A DNA stretch of 63,530 nucleotides, counting the filler, from Chiloscyllium plagiosum (Eukaryota): the NCBI RefSeq assembly GCF_004010195.1. It is 4 parts of one record of this genome, joined end to end, with 100 filler letters (N's around TTAATTAATTAA, not from the genome) between each part and the next. Parts side by side here need not be neighbours in the genome. Positions count along the whole stretch, not along the records: positions 1 to 30,048 come from NC_057711.1; 3 more parts are not named here. One strand, given 5' to 3'. Below are positions 1-13,439 of this stretch, in pieces; position 1 is the first letter of the stretch, and each line of letters starts with the position of its first letter. Below the pieces are notes generated by a model that saw nothing but the letters and a program-made list of their open reading frames with translations, was not told the origin of the DNA and ran no database searches. A program made the position numbers and the translations under genes.

Positions 1-394
1 ACTAAAACGCTCACTTTCCAATCCTTTACACGTCTGAAGAAGATTTGCACTGGACTTGAAACATTAACATTGTTTCTCTGTCTCTGCAGATATTGCCAGA
101 CCCCTGAGTTCCTTCAAAAATGAAAAGCTACAGAATACAATTTCAATATAGCAAAGATCATTGGATACAGGATATCTGAAACAAAAACAAAAATTGTTGG
201 ACTTACTGGGTGCTTTGAGGAACAGTCACAGAACCCGAAAGATTAACTCTGTTTCACTGCACAGATGCTGTCAGACTTGTTAGTATCTCCAGCAATTTCT
301 GGTTTTAAACATGTTTCAAACATGTGTGTCAAAGCTGCTCACACGCCCTGTCCAACATGGAGTGCAATACACCGGGAAGTGAATGATAATGTAA

Positions 395-607
395 GATATA
401 CAAATTCTTACAGTGCCAGAGAGTGGTGGGGGCATGGAATGCGCTGCCTGTGGGAGTGGTAGAGTCAGAATCTTTGGTGACCTTTAAGTGGCAATTGGAT
501 AGGTACATGGATGGGTGCTTAAGCTAGGACAAATGTTCGGCACAACATCGTGGGCCGAAGGGCCTGTTCTGTGCTGTATTGTTCTATGTTCTATGTTCTA
601 TGTTCTA
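395..607 (+). mobile_element. CR1 LINE 3' end
   Basis: CR1 ORF2 C-terminus (RVVGAWNAL-type) and 3' UTR ending in (atgttct)n. Confidence 0.8.
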
Positions 608-639
608 ACACAAAGGAATTAGGTGGAGGGACCTGTGCA

Positions 640-1330
640 TGAAACACACAAAGCTAGTTAGGGGTAGCAGGTAATCAGGAAGGCTAATGGAATGCTGTCC
701 CTTAATGGAAAGTGTTTGGAGTTAAGTGTGGAGAAGTCTTACTGCAACTGTACAAGATGCTGGTGAAACCACATCTGGAGCAATGTGAGCAGTTTTAGTT
801 TCCTTATTTAAGAAAATATATCATTTCATTGGACACAGTTTGGAGAAGGTTTGCTTGGGAGATCACTGGCATGGAGGGATTATCTTATGAGCAAAGGTTA
901 AACAGGATGGGACTCTACTCAGTGCAGTTTAGGAGAATGAGAGGCGATCTCATTGAAACATATTGGATTCTTAAGGTGCTCTACAGGGTAAATGCTGAGA
1001 CGGTGTGTCCCTTCATGGAAGAGTCTAGAACCAGAGGGCACAGACTCAGAATAAAGGGGTGCCAACTTAAGACTGAGATAAGAGTGAAAATCTTCTTTCC
1101 GAGGGTTGAGAGTCTTTGGAACTCCTTGTCTCAGAGAGTTGTGGGGGGGCAGAGTCCTTGTGTATATTTACGATTGAGACAGATTTTTCATCAGTCGGGG
1201 AATCAAGTGTTATGGGGAAAGGGCAGGAAAGTGAATGTGAGGAATGTCAGATCAGCCACGATCCTATTGAATGGCAGAGGAATCTTCAGGGGCATTCTCT
1301 GGTTCCTATTTCTTATGGTCTTATGTTCAA
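640..1330 (+). mobile_element. CR1 LINE RT C-terminal fragment
   Basis: ORF 829-1389 contains LSYEQRLNRMGLYS..RRMRGDLIETY..SRTRGH, the CR1 C-terminal motif. Confidence 0.85.
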
Positions 1331-3109
1331 GAAAGAGGTTCTTAAATATTCAAGCTATCTCGGACTATGGTGTGAACATGGGAATATAGCATTGAGTAAG
1401 AAGATCTGCCATGATCATACGGAGTATTGGAGCAGGCACAAAGGTCTGAGTGACCTCCTCCTGCTCCGTGTTTCTATATAAATACAGTGGAGAAGAACAG
1501 GTCTGAGGCTGGGAATACTGCTGAGAGCAACTCACCTGACTCCCCAAAGACTATCTACCATCTGCAATGCACAAGTCAGGAGTGTGATGGAGTTTTCCCC
1601 ACTTGCCTGGATGGGCGCAGGCTCCAACAACACGCCAGAAGTTCAACACCATCCAGGATAAAGCAGCCAACTTGATTGTTTCCCTGTCTAACAGCTTCAA
1701 CGCTATGGACAAATCCATTTTGAGCTGGACTGCATCAAACTTTTTTTTAAAAAAGTAATTTAAAGTGTTAACATAATTAAAGACTAACTAACTGTCCATA
1801 ATTGAGAATTAATATATTGCTGTTCCTTCAGTGGCACTGGGTCAAACTCCTGGAACACTCTTTCTGAAGTCATCGTAGTCAAACCAGAACTTAGAGCTGC
1901 TCTCTCATTAGCAAGTGTGGTTTATCCAGATGGTCATCATGCCTTAGGTGAAGGGAGAGGTTGAGAAGGAGAGTCCTTCATGGTGAGCTCAGCCAGTGTG
2001 GAAATTGAACCCACACTGTTGGGCTCGTTCAGTATTTCAAACCAGCCATCTAGCCATCTGAGCAACATGACTTGCCAATTTTTATACGCTATGCTGAAGA
2101 GTGTGGGAAAGGATTCCCGATGAAGAGCTTATGCTCAAAATGTCAACTCTCCTGCTCCTCGGATGCTGCCTGACAGGCTGTGCTTTTCCAGCACCACACT
2201 CTTCGGCTCTGATCTCCAGCATCTACAGTCCTCACTTTCTCTTTGCTTTATACTCAATGCCCCAACCAATGAAGGCAAGCATGCCATCTGCCTTCCTGAC
2301 TACCTTATCCACTTGTGTTGCCACTGTCAGGGAGCTGTGGACCTGTATGCCTAAATCCCCTTGTACATTGAAGCTACTGAGGGCTTTGCCATTTACAATA
2401 TACTCATCTACTCCTTTAGACTTTCCAAAATGCATCACCCTGTAATTGTCAAGGCCTTCTCAAATGCCTCTTAAACCTGCTGGTCCCTACCTTAGAACCA
2501 TGCCCTCTGGGTATTGACCCCTCTACTAAGGGGAAACATTTTTCCCTATCAACCCTATCTATATGGCCCTCAGAACTTACTATACCTCAGTTAGGCCCCA
2601 CACCACTCAGCCTTCTCTGCTCAAAGGAAAGCTACGTCTGCCTATAATAGCAATGTATTGTGGATGCTGGAAATCTGAAACCCACAGAGAATTTTGGAGA
2701 CACTCAGCAGATCTGGCAGTATCTGTGGGGAGAGAAACAGAGTGAACATTTCAAGTCTGGTATGACTCCTTCAGAACTTCTGAGTCCAGGTTAGTAGACC
2801 AATGTCCATTTCTAAAGGACAATGGTCATCATTAGACTTATTTCCAGATATTTACTGGATTTAACTTCCAACATCTACCATGGTGAGATTCAAATCCTGT
2901 TCCCCAAAACATTACCTGGGTTTCCTGATTAATAGTCTAGTGATAATACCACTAACTCATTGTTTGGTGTGGTGACCAGAGCTGCACACCATTCCAGCTG
3001 TGGCTTGACTTAGGTTATTTACAGCTGCATCATAGCCTCCTTGATCTTGCATTCAGTGCCTCGACTAATAAAGACAAGTATCCTCCAGTCCTTCTGAACA
3101 CCCTATCGA

Positions 3110-3590
3110 CATAGAACAATACAACGCAGAACAGGCCCTTCAGCCCTCGATGTTGCGCCGACCTGTGAACTATTCTCAACTCGTCCCTCTACACTATCCC
3201 ATCATCATCCATGTGCTTATCCAAGGATTGTTTAAATCTCCCTAATGTGGCTGAGTTGACTACATTAGCAGGTAGGGCATTCCACGCCCATACCACTCTC
3301 TGCGTAAAGAACCTGCCTCTGACATCTGTCTTAAATCTTTCACCCCTCAATTTGTTATGCCCCCTTGTACAAGCTGATGTCATCATGCTAGGAAAAAGAC
3401 TTTCACTGTCTACCCTATCTAATCCTCTGATCATCTTGTATGTCTCTATCAAATCCCCTCTTAGCCTTCTTCTTTCCAATGAGAACAGACCAAAGTCTCT
3501 CAGCCTTTCCTCATAAGACCTTCCCTCCAGACCAGGCAACATCCTGGTAAATCTCCTCTGCACCTTTTCCAATGTTTCCACATCCTTTTC
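3110..3590 (-). mobile_element. CR1 LINE 3' end
   Basis: ORF 3189-3581: [24 protein letters not shown]...RRRLRGDLIETYK. Confidence 0.9.
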
Positions 3591-4221
3591 GATATATGTC
3601 CTGGTGCCTTCAAGGATCTATAGGCAAGCACACCAAAGTCCCTGGACATTGAAACTGAGCTGGATGGCAGACAATAAAGCTGAAATCTTGTTGGCTACAT
3701 CTTACTTTCAGATGAATAGTAATCGGAGGGAAGCTACTTGGTAAATGCTCAGATTAGCGTCAAAATTCTCGATTCAGTGAGCTGTGCAATTTCACACAGC
3801 AGCCCGGAGCTGCTATCTAGCTGCAAAGAAACAGAACACAGACATGATGTTATAATTCGCAGCAATTAACAGCAGCTCAGAATCTGACAGGTTCAGACTC
3901 TCTGGTTGCGTTGAGGTTGCATTTGAAACATCCACATCAGGATTGCTCCAGAAATTGAGAGCAATAGTGAAATACAGCTTTGAAATAAGAATTCAATTGG
4001 CAAAAGCTGTATTAAGAGAGTGGGTGGACCAATATTAGATGAGGATTCTTGCACTTAATGACCATAACTTGCGATGTTAGTGGATTGAGTGCGGATGAGT
4101 GACAATCTGTGGTTGCTAAGGGTGATTGCGTGGTTTTAACCATTTGTTGTGTTCGGAATATGTGTTATGCAGACCAGTGCTTACAAACTCAACTCTCTGC
4201 AATGTGCTGCTTTCACCAGGT

Positions 4222-5905
4222 CAGAATCATAGAGCTGTACAGCACGGTGACACACCCTTCCATCCAACGTGTCCATGCCAACCAGATATTCTAAATTAAT
4301 CTAGTCCCATTTGCCAGCATTTGGCCCATATCCCTCTAAACCCTTCCTAATCATATATCCATTCAGATGCCTTTTAAATGTCATAATTGTACCAGCCTCC
4401 ACCACTTCCTCTGGCAGCTCATTCCATGCACGCATCACTCTGTGTGAAAAAGTTGCCCCTTAAGTCTTTTAAATCTTTCCCTTCTCACCTTAAACCTATG
4501 TCCCCTAGTTCTGGACCTCCACCACACCCCCCCCCTCACCAAAGGAAAAGACCTTGACTACTTACCTTATCCCTGCCACACATGATTCTATGAGGTCATC
4601 TCTCAGCCTTCGAAGCTCCAGGGAAATCAGCCCCAGCCTATTCAGCCTCTCCCTAAAGCTCAAATCCTCCAACCCTGGCAACATTCTTGTAAATCTTTTC
4701 TGAACCCTTTCAAGTTTCGCAACATCTTTCCAATAAGAAGCAGACCTGAATTGCACGCAATATTCAAACAGTGGCCTAACCAATGTCCTCTACAGCTGCA
4801 ACATGACCTCCCAACTCCTATACTCAGTACTCTAACCAGTAAAGGCAAGCATACTAAACATCTTCTTCACTATCCTATCTACCTGTGAGTCCTCTTTCAA
4901 GGAACTATGAACCCATGCCCCAAGCTCTATTTTTTTAGCAACTCTCCTTGGAACCTGACCATTAAGCATGTAAGTCCTGTTCGGATTTGCCTTTTCAAAA
5001 TGCAGCACCTCACATTTGTCTATATTAAACTCCATCTGCCGCTTCTTGGCCCATTGGCCCATCTGATCAAGATCCTGTTGTACTCTTAGGTAACCTTCTT
5101 CGCTATCCACTACACCTCCAATTTTGGTGTAATCTGTGAACTTACTACTATATCTTCTATGTTCACAGCCAAATCATTTATATAAATGATGAAAAGTAGT
5201 GGACCCAGCACCGATCCTTGTGGCACTCCACTGAAAACAAGCCTTCAGTCTGAAAAACAACCCTCCACCACCACCTTTTGTCTTCTACTTTCAAGCCAGT
5301 TCTGATTCCAAATGGCTAGTTCTTCCTGTATTCCATGAGATCTAACGTTGCTCATCAGTCTCCCATGAGGAACCTTGTCGAACGCCTTACTGAAGTCCAT
5401 AGAGATCATATCCACCACTCTGTGCTCATCAATCCTCTTTGTTACTTCTTCAAAAAACTCAATCAAGTTTGTGAGACATGATTTCCCACACACAAAGTAA
5501 TATTGACTGTCCCTAATCAGCCCTTGCCTTTCTAAATACATGTAACCCTGTCCTTCAAGATTCCCTCGAAAAACTTGCCCACCACCAATGTCAGGCTCAC
5601 TAGTCTACAGTTCCCTGGCTTGTCCTTACCACCTTTCTTAAACAGGACACTACAATAACTAATCAGCAGTGTTGCGGCACCTCGCCTGTGACTATCAACA
5701 ATACAAATATCTCAGCAAGGGATCCAGCAATCACTTCCCTAGCTTTCCACAGAGTTCGAGGATACATCTGATCACGTCCTGGGAATTTATCCACCTTTAC
5801 ACATTTTAAGCCATCCAAAACCTCCTCCTCTGCAATATGGACATTTTTCAAGATATTGCTGTTTATTTCCCTACTTTCTATATCTTCCACATTTTCCTCC
5901 ACAGA
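4222..5905 (-). mobile_element. CR1 LINE, degenerate ORF2 (RT) and 3' UTR
   Basis: Consecutive minus-strand ORFs with [34 protein letters not shown] and RPLFEYCVQF. Confidence 0.92.
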
Positions 5906-6002
5906 TGCTCATTTCAATTGTTTTCTTTGGAAGGGAAATCACTTCAACAGAATCCTGCAGCACAGAGAGTGGCCATTCAGCCCATCATGTCTGTACAACT
6001 TT

Positions 6003-6323
6003 TAGATTAGATTTTTTAGATTACATTACAGTGTGGAAACAGGCCCTTCGGCCCAACAAGTCCACACCGACCCGCCGAAGCGCAACCCACCCATACCCCT
6101 ACATTTACCCCTTACCTAACACTACGGGCAATTTAGCATGGCCAATTCACCTGACCTGCACATCTTTGGACTGTGGGAGGAAACCGGAGCACCCGGAGGA
6201 AACCCACGCAGACATGGGGAGAACGTGCAAACTCCACACAATCAGTCGCCTGAGGCGGGAATTGAACCCGGGTCTCCGGCGCTGTGAGGCAGCAGTGCTA
6301 ACCACTATGCCACCATGCCGCCC
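6003..6323 (-). mobile_element. HE1-type V-SINE
   Basis: tRNA-like head (GGCATAGTGGTTAGCAC...GGTTCAATTCC), V-domain (GGTTTCCTCCGGGTGCTCCGGTTTCCTCCCACAGTCCAAAGATGTGCAGG) and CR1-like tail. Confidence 0.9.
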
Positions 6324-6543
6324 ACTTTTCCAGTTGAGTTGAGTTCCAGAAGAGTTTTCCAGTTGACCTGGCTGCTACCCCACTTCCAAATGTTTATCTG
6401 ATTCCTTCTTGAAACTTAATTGTTGACTTCTTTCCCAATTCCCTCTGGTTAAATATTTCTTAATCAACCTGATCAGAGATGTTATTATAATTGTTACATT
6501 TAATAGAATTTATAGTAACATCTCTGATCAGGTTGAACTGCAC

Positions 6544-8053
6544 TGTTAATTAAACCAAACACTCAGCAAAGTTCGCCTCGCCTTGTAACCTGTTAAAATA
6601 TGAGTGACAGAGAACTCCCAAATTCTACTATTTAAAGAAAATAACATCAATTTATTTTTTAACTCTAAAGTGAGCATTAAACAATAACTATTCACAACTC
6701 TAAGCACCTCTCTCTCTTAACTGCCTCCAACTCTATAATAATATGCTGTTCCAATAAGACACTTATTAAAATTACATCAACTTATTTTCAAAACCACATA
6801 GCTGCTGTCATCTTCTGTGACTTCACTCTTCTGAACTCCCTGGGTCATCTCATCTCTTTTTACTGTGAGTATGTTTCATATTATTATGAAGTTGAAGATG
6901 TCTACTGTACCTTTAGAGAGAGAGAATGCTGTTCTGAACTGAGAGCTTACAAGCACTTGTGTGATATGACTAGAAGGCAGTCCCGGAGTGTACTGGAAAA
7001 TTGAAAATATGTAACATTTGGCTGTGAAATGGATACTTGAGATTTGGTTGCTGTTTTGACAACTATTAGAATTTAACCAATTCAGTTTAAATATTGCCCC
7101 AGGATACTAAAATCCCTTCGAGTTTGAATTTATTGTTTTGCCAACTTTGAACCAATGAGATGATCCAATGTTGGGGATATAAAAATGCAGGCATTTTGAA
7201 AACTGGACAGAACAACTGCCATCAACACTGATCCAAGAAATTAGGAAACACTCTCTGTCAAAGGTATCTTTTCATATGAAACATGCTCACAGTAAAAAGA
7301 AAGAAGATGACCCAGGCAGATCTTCAGTTGGCAGAAGAAAGGCACAGAAGATGATAGCTGCTGTGTTTTGAAATTAAGTTGATGTAATTTTTTCTTGGAA
7401 CAATATATTGTTATAGAGTTGGACGCAGGGTAATAAGCAGTTAAGTAAAAGGAGTGGCTCAGAATTGTGAATAGTTGTTTAATGTTCACTTTTAGAGTTA
7501 AAGAATAAATTGAAGTTATTTTCTTTAAATAGTGGGATTTAGGAGTTCTCTGTCACTCATATTTTAACAGCTTATGAGACGAGGTTAGCTTTTCTGGGTG
7601 TTTGTTTTAAGTAACAGAAGATTCACTGCCATGAACAATATGATAGAGAGTGTTTCCTAATTTCTTGGAGAGCAAGATGTTAGATCTCCAGGCTGGATTG
7701 CAGTTGCTCTCTGACCAATTTGCAAAAGGTTCACATTTTATACCACCCCCCCCCCACCTCAGCATCGAATTGTCTCATTGATTCGATGTTGGAAAAAACA
7801 ATAAGTTCAAACTCGATTGGGATTTAGTATCCTGAGGCATAATTTAAACTGATCAGTTAAATTCAAATTGTTGTCAAAACTGCAACCAACTCAGGTATCC
7901 ATTTAACAACCAAATGCTACATACTTTCAATTTTCTGCCACACTCTGGGATTGCCATGTAGTCATATACACAGTTGTTTGTAATCTCTCTGTTGAGAACA
8001 GCATTCTCTCTCTCTCTGTCAAAGATACAGTATACACCTTCAACTTAATAACA
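6544..8053 (-). mobile_element. Solo LTR (Gypsy-like), interrupted by a second LTR of the same family
   Basis: 6544-6881 and 7642-8053 are the reverse complements of the two halves of 6882-7637. The minus-strand 5' end reads TGTTATTAAGTTGAAG at 8053. Confidence 0.7.
6882..7637 (+). mobile_element. Solo LTR with ATAT target-site duplication
   Basis: Starts TATTATGAAG (decayed TGTT), ends CATGAACA, internal TATAAAA and AATAAA, flanked by ATAT at 6878-6881 and 7638-7641. Confidence 0.72.
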
Positions 8054-9362
8054 TACACCTCTAGATCAGGTGGAAGTTGAACCCTGATTTCCTGGCTCAG
8101 AGGGAGGGACATTACTACTGCACTATAAGGGTCCATTGTCTTTCTGGTTACTGATCCTCTTCTCAGTAGAAACAACGTTTCCTTATCTACGTTATCAACT
8201 TCCTTCAGAAGTTTGAATCTTGTTTAAGTCACCTCTATCCCTTCTCAGCATCAGGGATAACAGGCCCGACTTCCCCCAGGCTTCAGAAGAAATTGGACCC
8301 TCTCAGCCTTTTCTAGAAATAAAGAATTTCATTTATATATCACCTCTCGCAGCCAATTCAATTCAACCAATCACGGAGATGTCTCTAGAGGACAATGTTC
8401 AGCATGTGCTCAGTCACACCCAGTTTGGGTTCTGCCAGGGTCATCCAGCTTCTGACCCCATTACAGCCTTGGGTCAAACATGGACCAAAGAGTTGAATTC
8501 CAGAGGGGAGGGGAGAGTGAGAGCAGGCGGGAGGGGCTGAATGACCTATTCCTTTTGCTGTTTCTTTTGGCCTTACTCTGGACTCACTTTGCCAGGGTGC
8601 AGGGGGTCACAGAGTTATTCCATCAGTAGCTGGAACGATTCAGGATTTGCTGCACCAGGATGACTAAATCACTGAATCACAGAATTGTTATGCACAGATG
8701 GGGGCCATTTGGCCCATCATGATCGCACTGGTTTATGGGGCAACTGCTCATTCACTTGCTGTTGCTGAGCTGTTTCACTGAGACTGTGACGATTCTATTC
8801 TGTAACATTTAATTTCTCTGTGCTCACCATAACGAAGTGAAGATTTAGTGCACTTGGCAGGTCATTGATTCTGGATTAAGGAGCAGTGGCCATGCGTGAA
8901 GATGTTTTGAAGGAGAATGCTTGGTTGACTCAGTCCCTGCCACTCTTGTTCCTGGAGGGTCGTGAAAGCAGTAGTTTGCATTATTCTCTGTCAGGGGTCA
9001 CCTGTCACATCCCATCTTCATGGACAGACAAGCTCCTGGTGTCAGTGGGAATCAGGGGGAAGCTCAGTCAGCTCCACTGCATAGACACAGTTATCTATGC
9101 TGATCCTTTCTGCCCACGACTGGGGGAGCACTGATCTGTCTCTTTCACACAAGACACTGGCTTGCTGTGAGCGACAGGCCAGACACCAAGAATTGGAAGG
9201 TGGGAACAACCCTCTTAATTAGCTGTCAAATAGTTGGCATGGACATGACAGGCTGAATAGCCTCTGCTGTAGCCATTTGATGTGTCTGGGCTAGTTCAGT
9301 TGGCTGGACAGCTGCTTTGTGATGCACAGTGATACCAACAGTGTGGGCTCACTTCCCAGTAC

Positions 9363-10880
9363 CATAGAGTCATAGAGATGTACAGCACCGAAACAGACAC
9401 CTTGGTCCAACTTGTCCATGCCAACCAGATATCCCAACCCAATCTAGTCCCATTTGCCAGCACTTGGCCCATATCCCTCCAAACCCTTCCTATTCAGATG
9501 CCTTTTAAATGTTGTAATTGTACCAGCCTCCACCACTTCTCTGGCAGCTCATTCCAAACATGCACCACCCTCTGTGTGAAAAAGTTGCCCCTTAAATCCC
9601 TTTTATATTTTTCCCCTTTCACCTTAAACCTATGCCCTTTAGTTCTAGACTCCCCAACCCCAGGGAAAAGGCCTTGCCCCTCATAATTTTATAATCCTCT
9701 ATGAGGTGACCCTTTAGCCTCCGACGCTCCAGGGAAAACAGCCCCAGCCTATTCAACCTCTCCCTATAGCTCAAATCGTCCAACCCTGGCAACATACTTG
9801 TAAATCTTTTCTGAACTCTTTCAAGTTTCACAACATCCTTCCAAGAGGATGGAGACCAGAATTACATACAACATTCCAAAAATGGCAGTTTCTGTATTTG
9901 CTATGATATCCCAGTCCCATGTTCCTATCCATGCCCTGAGTTCATCTGCCTTCCCTGTTAGGCCTCTTGCATTGAAATAAATGCAGTTTAATTTATCAGT
10001 CTACCTTATTCTCTGCTTTGTTCCTGCCTGCCCTGATTGTTTGACTTGTTTCTTTTCCCAGCTGTACCTGTCTCAGATTGATCTCTTACCTCAGTATCTC
10101 CCTGGTCCCACCCCCACCCTTCCTTACTAGTTTAAATCCTCCTGAGCTCCAGCAAATCTGTCTCCTTCTAATTCAGGTGCAATCCATCCTTCTTGTACAG
10201 GTCACTTCTACCCCAGAAGAGATTCCAATGATCCAAAAATGTGAATCCTTCTCCCATACACCAGCTCCTCAGCCATGCATTCATCTGTTCTATTCTCCTA
10301 TTCCTAACCTCACTAGCTTGTAGCACTGAGAGTAATCCAGCTATTACTAGCCTCAAAGAACTCTTTTTATAAATTCCTGCTTAATTTTATATATTCTCCC
10401 TCCAGGATCTCATCCTTTTCTCTTCCTCCATCATTAGTTCCAATCAGTACAATGACCTCCTGCTGGTCCCTCTCCCCTTTGAGAACATTCTGCACTCTAT
10501 CTGAGACATCCTTGATCCTGGTACCAGGGTGGCAACACACCATTCTGATTTTTCGCTGCTGGCCCTAGTAACGTCTGTCTGTGCCTCGGACTAGAGAGTC
10601 CCCTAATGCAATTGATCGCTCGGAACCCCAAGGTACCCCTCATTGCATTAGAGCCAGTCTTGATACCAGAAGCTTGGCTGTTCGTGTTACATTCCCCTGA
10701 AAGTCCATCACCTCCTGAATTTTCCAAGACATGTACTTGTTTGAAATGGGGATAACCACAGAAGACTCCTGCACTACCTTCCAACTTCTCTTACCTTTCT
10801 TAGAGTTAACCCATCTACCTGACTGTATCTGTGGTTTTTCTCCCATACCAAAACTGCCATCCATCACACCCCCTAGCTCT
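9363..10880 (-). mobile_element. Internally deleted CR1: ORF1 esterase region joined to the ORF2 3' end
   Basis: ORF 10168-10356 NAWLRSWC..GFTFLDHW..DLYKKDGLHLN (SGNH esterase of CR1 ORF1) and ORF 9619-9831 LERVQKRFT. Confidence 0.85.
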
Positions 10881-11662
10881 TGGTAAATTCCTCATTCCAA
10901 CCAATGCTCTTGGGCTGTGGTGACTAATTACAGGCATTAGTCATGAAATTGGGATATTCGACACCCCCCAGTCATTGTTCTAGTCCAGCAATGATTCCAA
11001 TTAATTGGTCTGTTCCAAAACACTGCTTTCTGCTGATTAGTCAGTTCCAGCACAATACCTACCTTCAGCAAACATGATGAACGATAGAACCCTGGGAAGC
11101 ACCAACGATCAGAAGGACCATAGTGTGAATGAATATTCATCCCTTAAGGTATCAAGACAGGTGGATAAAGTGGTGAAGAAGGCATATGGGATACTTGCTT
11201 TTATTAGTCAAGGCACAGAGTATAAGCGCAGGGAAGAGCTGGATCTGGATAAAACATTGGTTAGGCCACAGCTAGAGTATTTTTCTTCACAGATGCTGCC
11301 TGACCAAATGAAAGGTCACTGACTGTGACACTCTGAGACCAGGAGACTAACTTAATTCCCACTGACAGAACAAATGTACATCGACTCCATACATACTGAC
11401 ATGCCAACAGCACTCTGATTGTATACGTGCGGATAGGGTTTCAGCTCCTTTACAGTGTGTGTGTGTGCATGTAAGTGAGAGTGAGTGTGAATGAGTGAGC
11501 GTGTGTGTGTATGAGAGAGAGTGAATGTGAGTGAGTGAGTGTATTTGAGAGAGTGAGTGTGAGTGAGTCAGTGAATGTGTGAGTGAGTGTGTGTGTGTGT
11601 GTATGTGTGTGTGTGCGTGTGTGTGTGTGTCAGGGTCAACTGAGAGCGAGTTGCAGACTCAC

Positions 11663-12735
11663 AAAATATGGAGGCATGGGATTGAGAGTGTTTTAGCGGT
11701 TTGGATCAGAAATTGGATAGCTGAAAGAAGATGGTGGTTAATGAAATATTCATCCTGGAGTTCAGTTACTAGTGAGGTACCGCAGGGATCTGTTTTGGGT
11801 CCTCTGTTGGTTGTCATTTATATAAATGACCTGGATGAGGGCATAGAAGGAAGGGTTAATAAATTTGCAGATGGCCCTAAGGTTGGTAGAGTTGTGGATA
11901 GTGGCGAAGGATGTTGTAGGTTACACAGAGACAGAGATACACTACAGAGCTGGGCTGAGAGGTGGTAAATGGACTTTAATGTGGAAAAGTGTAAGGTGAT
12001 TCACTTTGAAGAAATAACAGGAATGCACAGTACTGGGCTAATGGTAAGATTCTTGGAAGTATAGATGAGCAGAGAGATCTTGGTGTCCAGGTACATAGAT
12101 CCTTAAAAGCTGCCACCCAAGTTGAGAGAGTTGTTAAGTAGGCAAATGATGTGTTAGCTTTTATTAGTAGAGGAATAGTGTTTCAGAACCATGAGATCAT
12201 GTGGCAGCTGTACAAAACTCTGGTGCGGCCACATTTGGAGTATTGTGTACAGTTCTGGTCACCACATTATGAGAAGGATGTGGAATCTTTGGAAGGGGTT
12301 CAGAGGAGATTTACTAGGATGTTGTCTGGTATGGAAGGAAGGTCTTACGAGGAAAGGCTGAAGGACTTGAGGCTGTTTTCGTTAGAGAGAAGGTTGAGGG
12401 GTGTCTTAATTGAGACATATAAGATAATCAGAGGGTTAGATAGATTGGACAGGGACAGCCTTTTTCCTCAGATGGTGATGGCTAGCAAGGGGACATAGCT
12501 TTAAATTGAGGAATGTTAGACATAGAACACATGTCAGAGGTAGTTTCTTTACTCAGAGAGTACTGGGGGTGTGGAAAGCACTGCCTGCAACATTCGTAGA
12601 TTTCACAAATTTGGATAGGCAAATGGACGAGAATGGAGCAGTGTAGGTTAGATGGGCTTCAGATTGGTTCCAAAGTTTGGTGCAACATTGAGGGCTGAAG
12701 GACCTGTACTGCGCTGTAATGTTCTATGTTCTATG
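11663..12735 (+). mobile_element. 5'-truncated CR1 LINE
   Basis: [29 protein letters not shown] and an (atgttct) tail. Confidence 0.92.
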
Positions 12736-12857
12736 AGTCTCGCTGAGATGAAGTTCTGAGTTGATAAATTCTGAGATGTTCTGCAATGCCACATTCACCT
12801 CGGGGCGGCGATGTTGAGCTGTGTTGAAATGTGACGAATTCTCTCCAAGGGAAACAT

Positions 12858-12870
12858 CGCCACCTCCTGG
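12858..12870 (-). promoter_or_regulatory. Candidate CTCF site
   Basis: CCAGGAGGTGGCG, one mismatch to the CCASYAGRKGGCR core, within a CpG-retaining non-repeat patch (about 12790-12960). Confidence 0.4.
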
Positions 12871-13439
12871 TCATCTCACTCGCTTCTTGAAACCTCCCAA
12901 CAAAACATGCTACTTCATGTAGTCGAATTGCGGGTTGGGTTTGCACCAAGCCTCCGTGACCTCCACAGATTACATGTAAATCAGGAAATTCCAAGTGAAA
13001 GAAAGAACCTTCATATGTTAGGGAGTGTCAAAGCGCATTCAGTAAGTGAATAAAGATGACAGCTTGATGCACAGCAAGATCCCACTCTCAGGATATGGTC
13101 AAGTTGATGTTTTTTTTAGTCATGAAGTTCAGTGTGGGACTGGCCAAGATACCAGAATATTTTTAAATATTGATAGACTCCTAGACTCAAACTCAGAAGG
13201 AGCCCATTCAGCCCACTGTGCCTGTACTGGTCACCAAAGATCTGATGACTAGGCGAAAGTGAGGACTGCAGAGTCAAGATTAGAGTGGTGCAGATTCTTG
13301 ATGAAGGGCTTTTGCCTGAAACATTCCTGCTCCTCAGAAGCTGCCTGCCCTCCTGTGCTTTTCCAGCACTTCTCTAATCTTGACAAAGATTGGACGACAG
13401 CAATCCCATTTCCCAGCTCAGGGCCTGCATTGTTGCAAG

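Noticed and set aside
8588..8670. Minus-strand donor AAA|gtgagt as a possible further EGFLAM exon
   Set aside because: Stops occur in all three frames shortly upstream, and there is no similarity to FN3, EGF or laminin G motifs.
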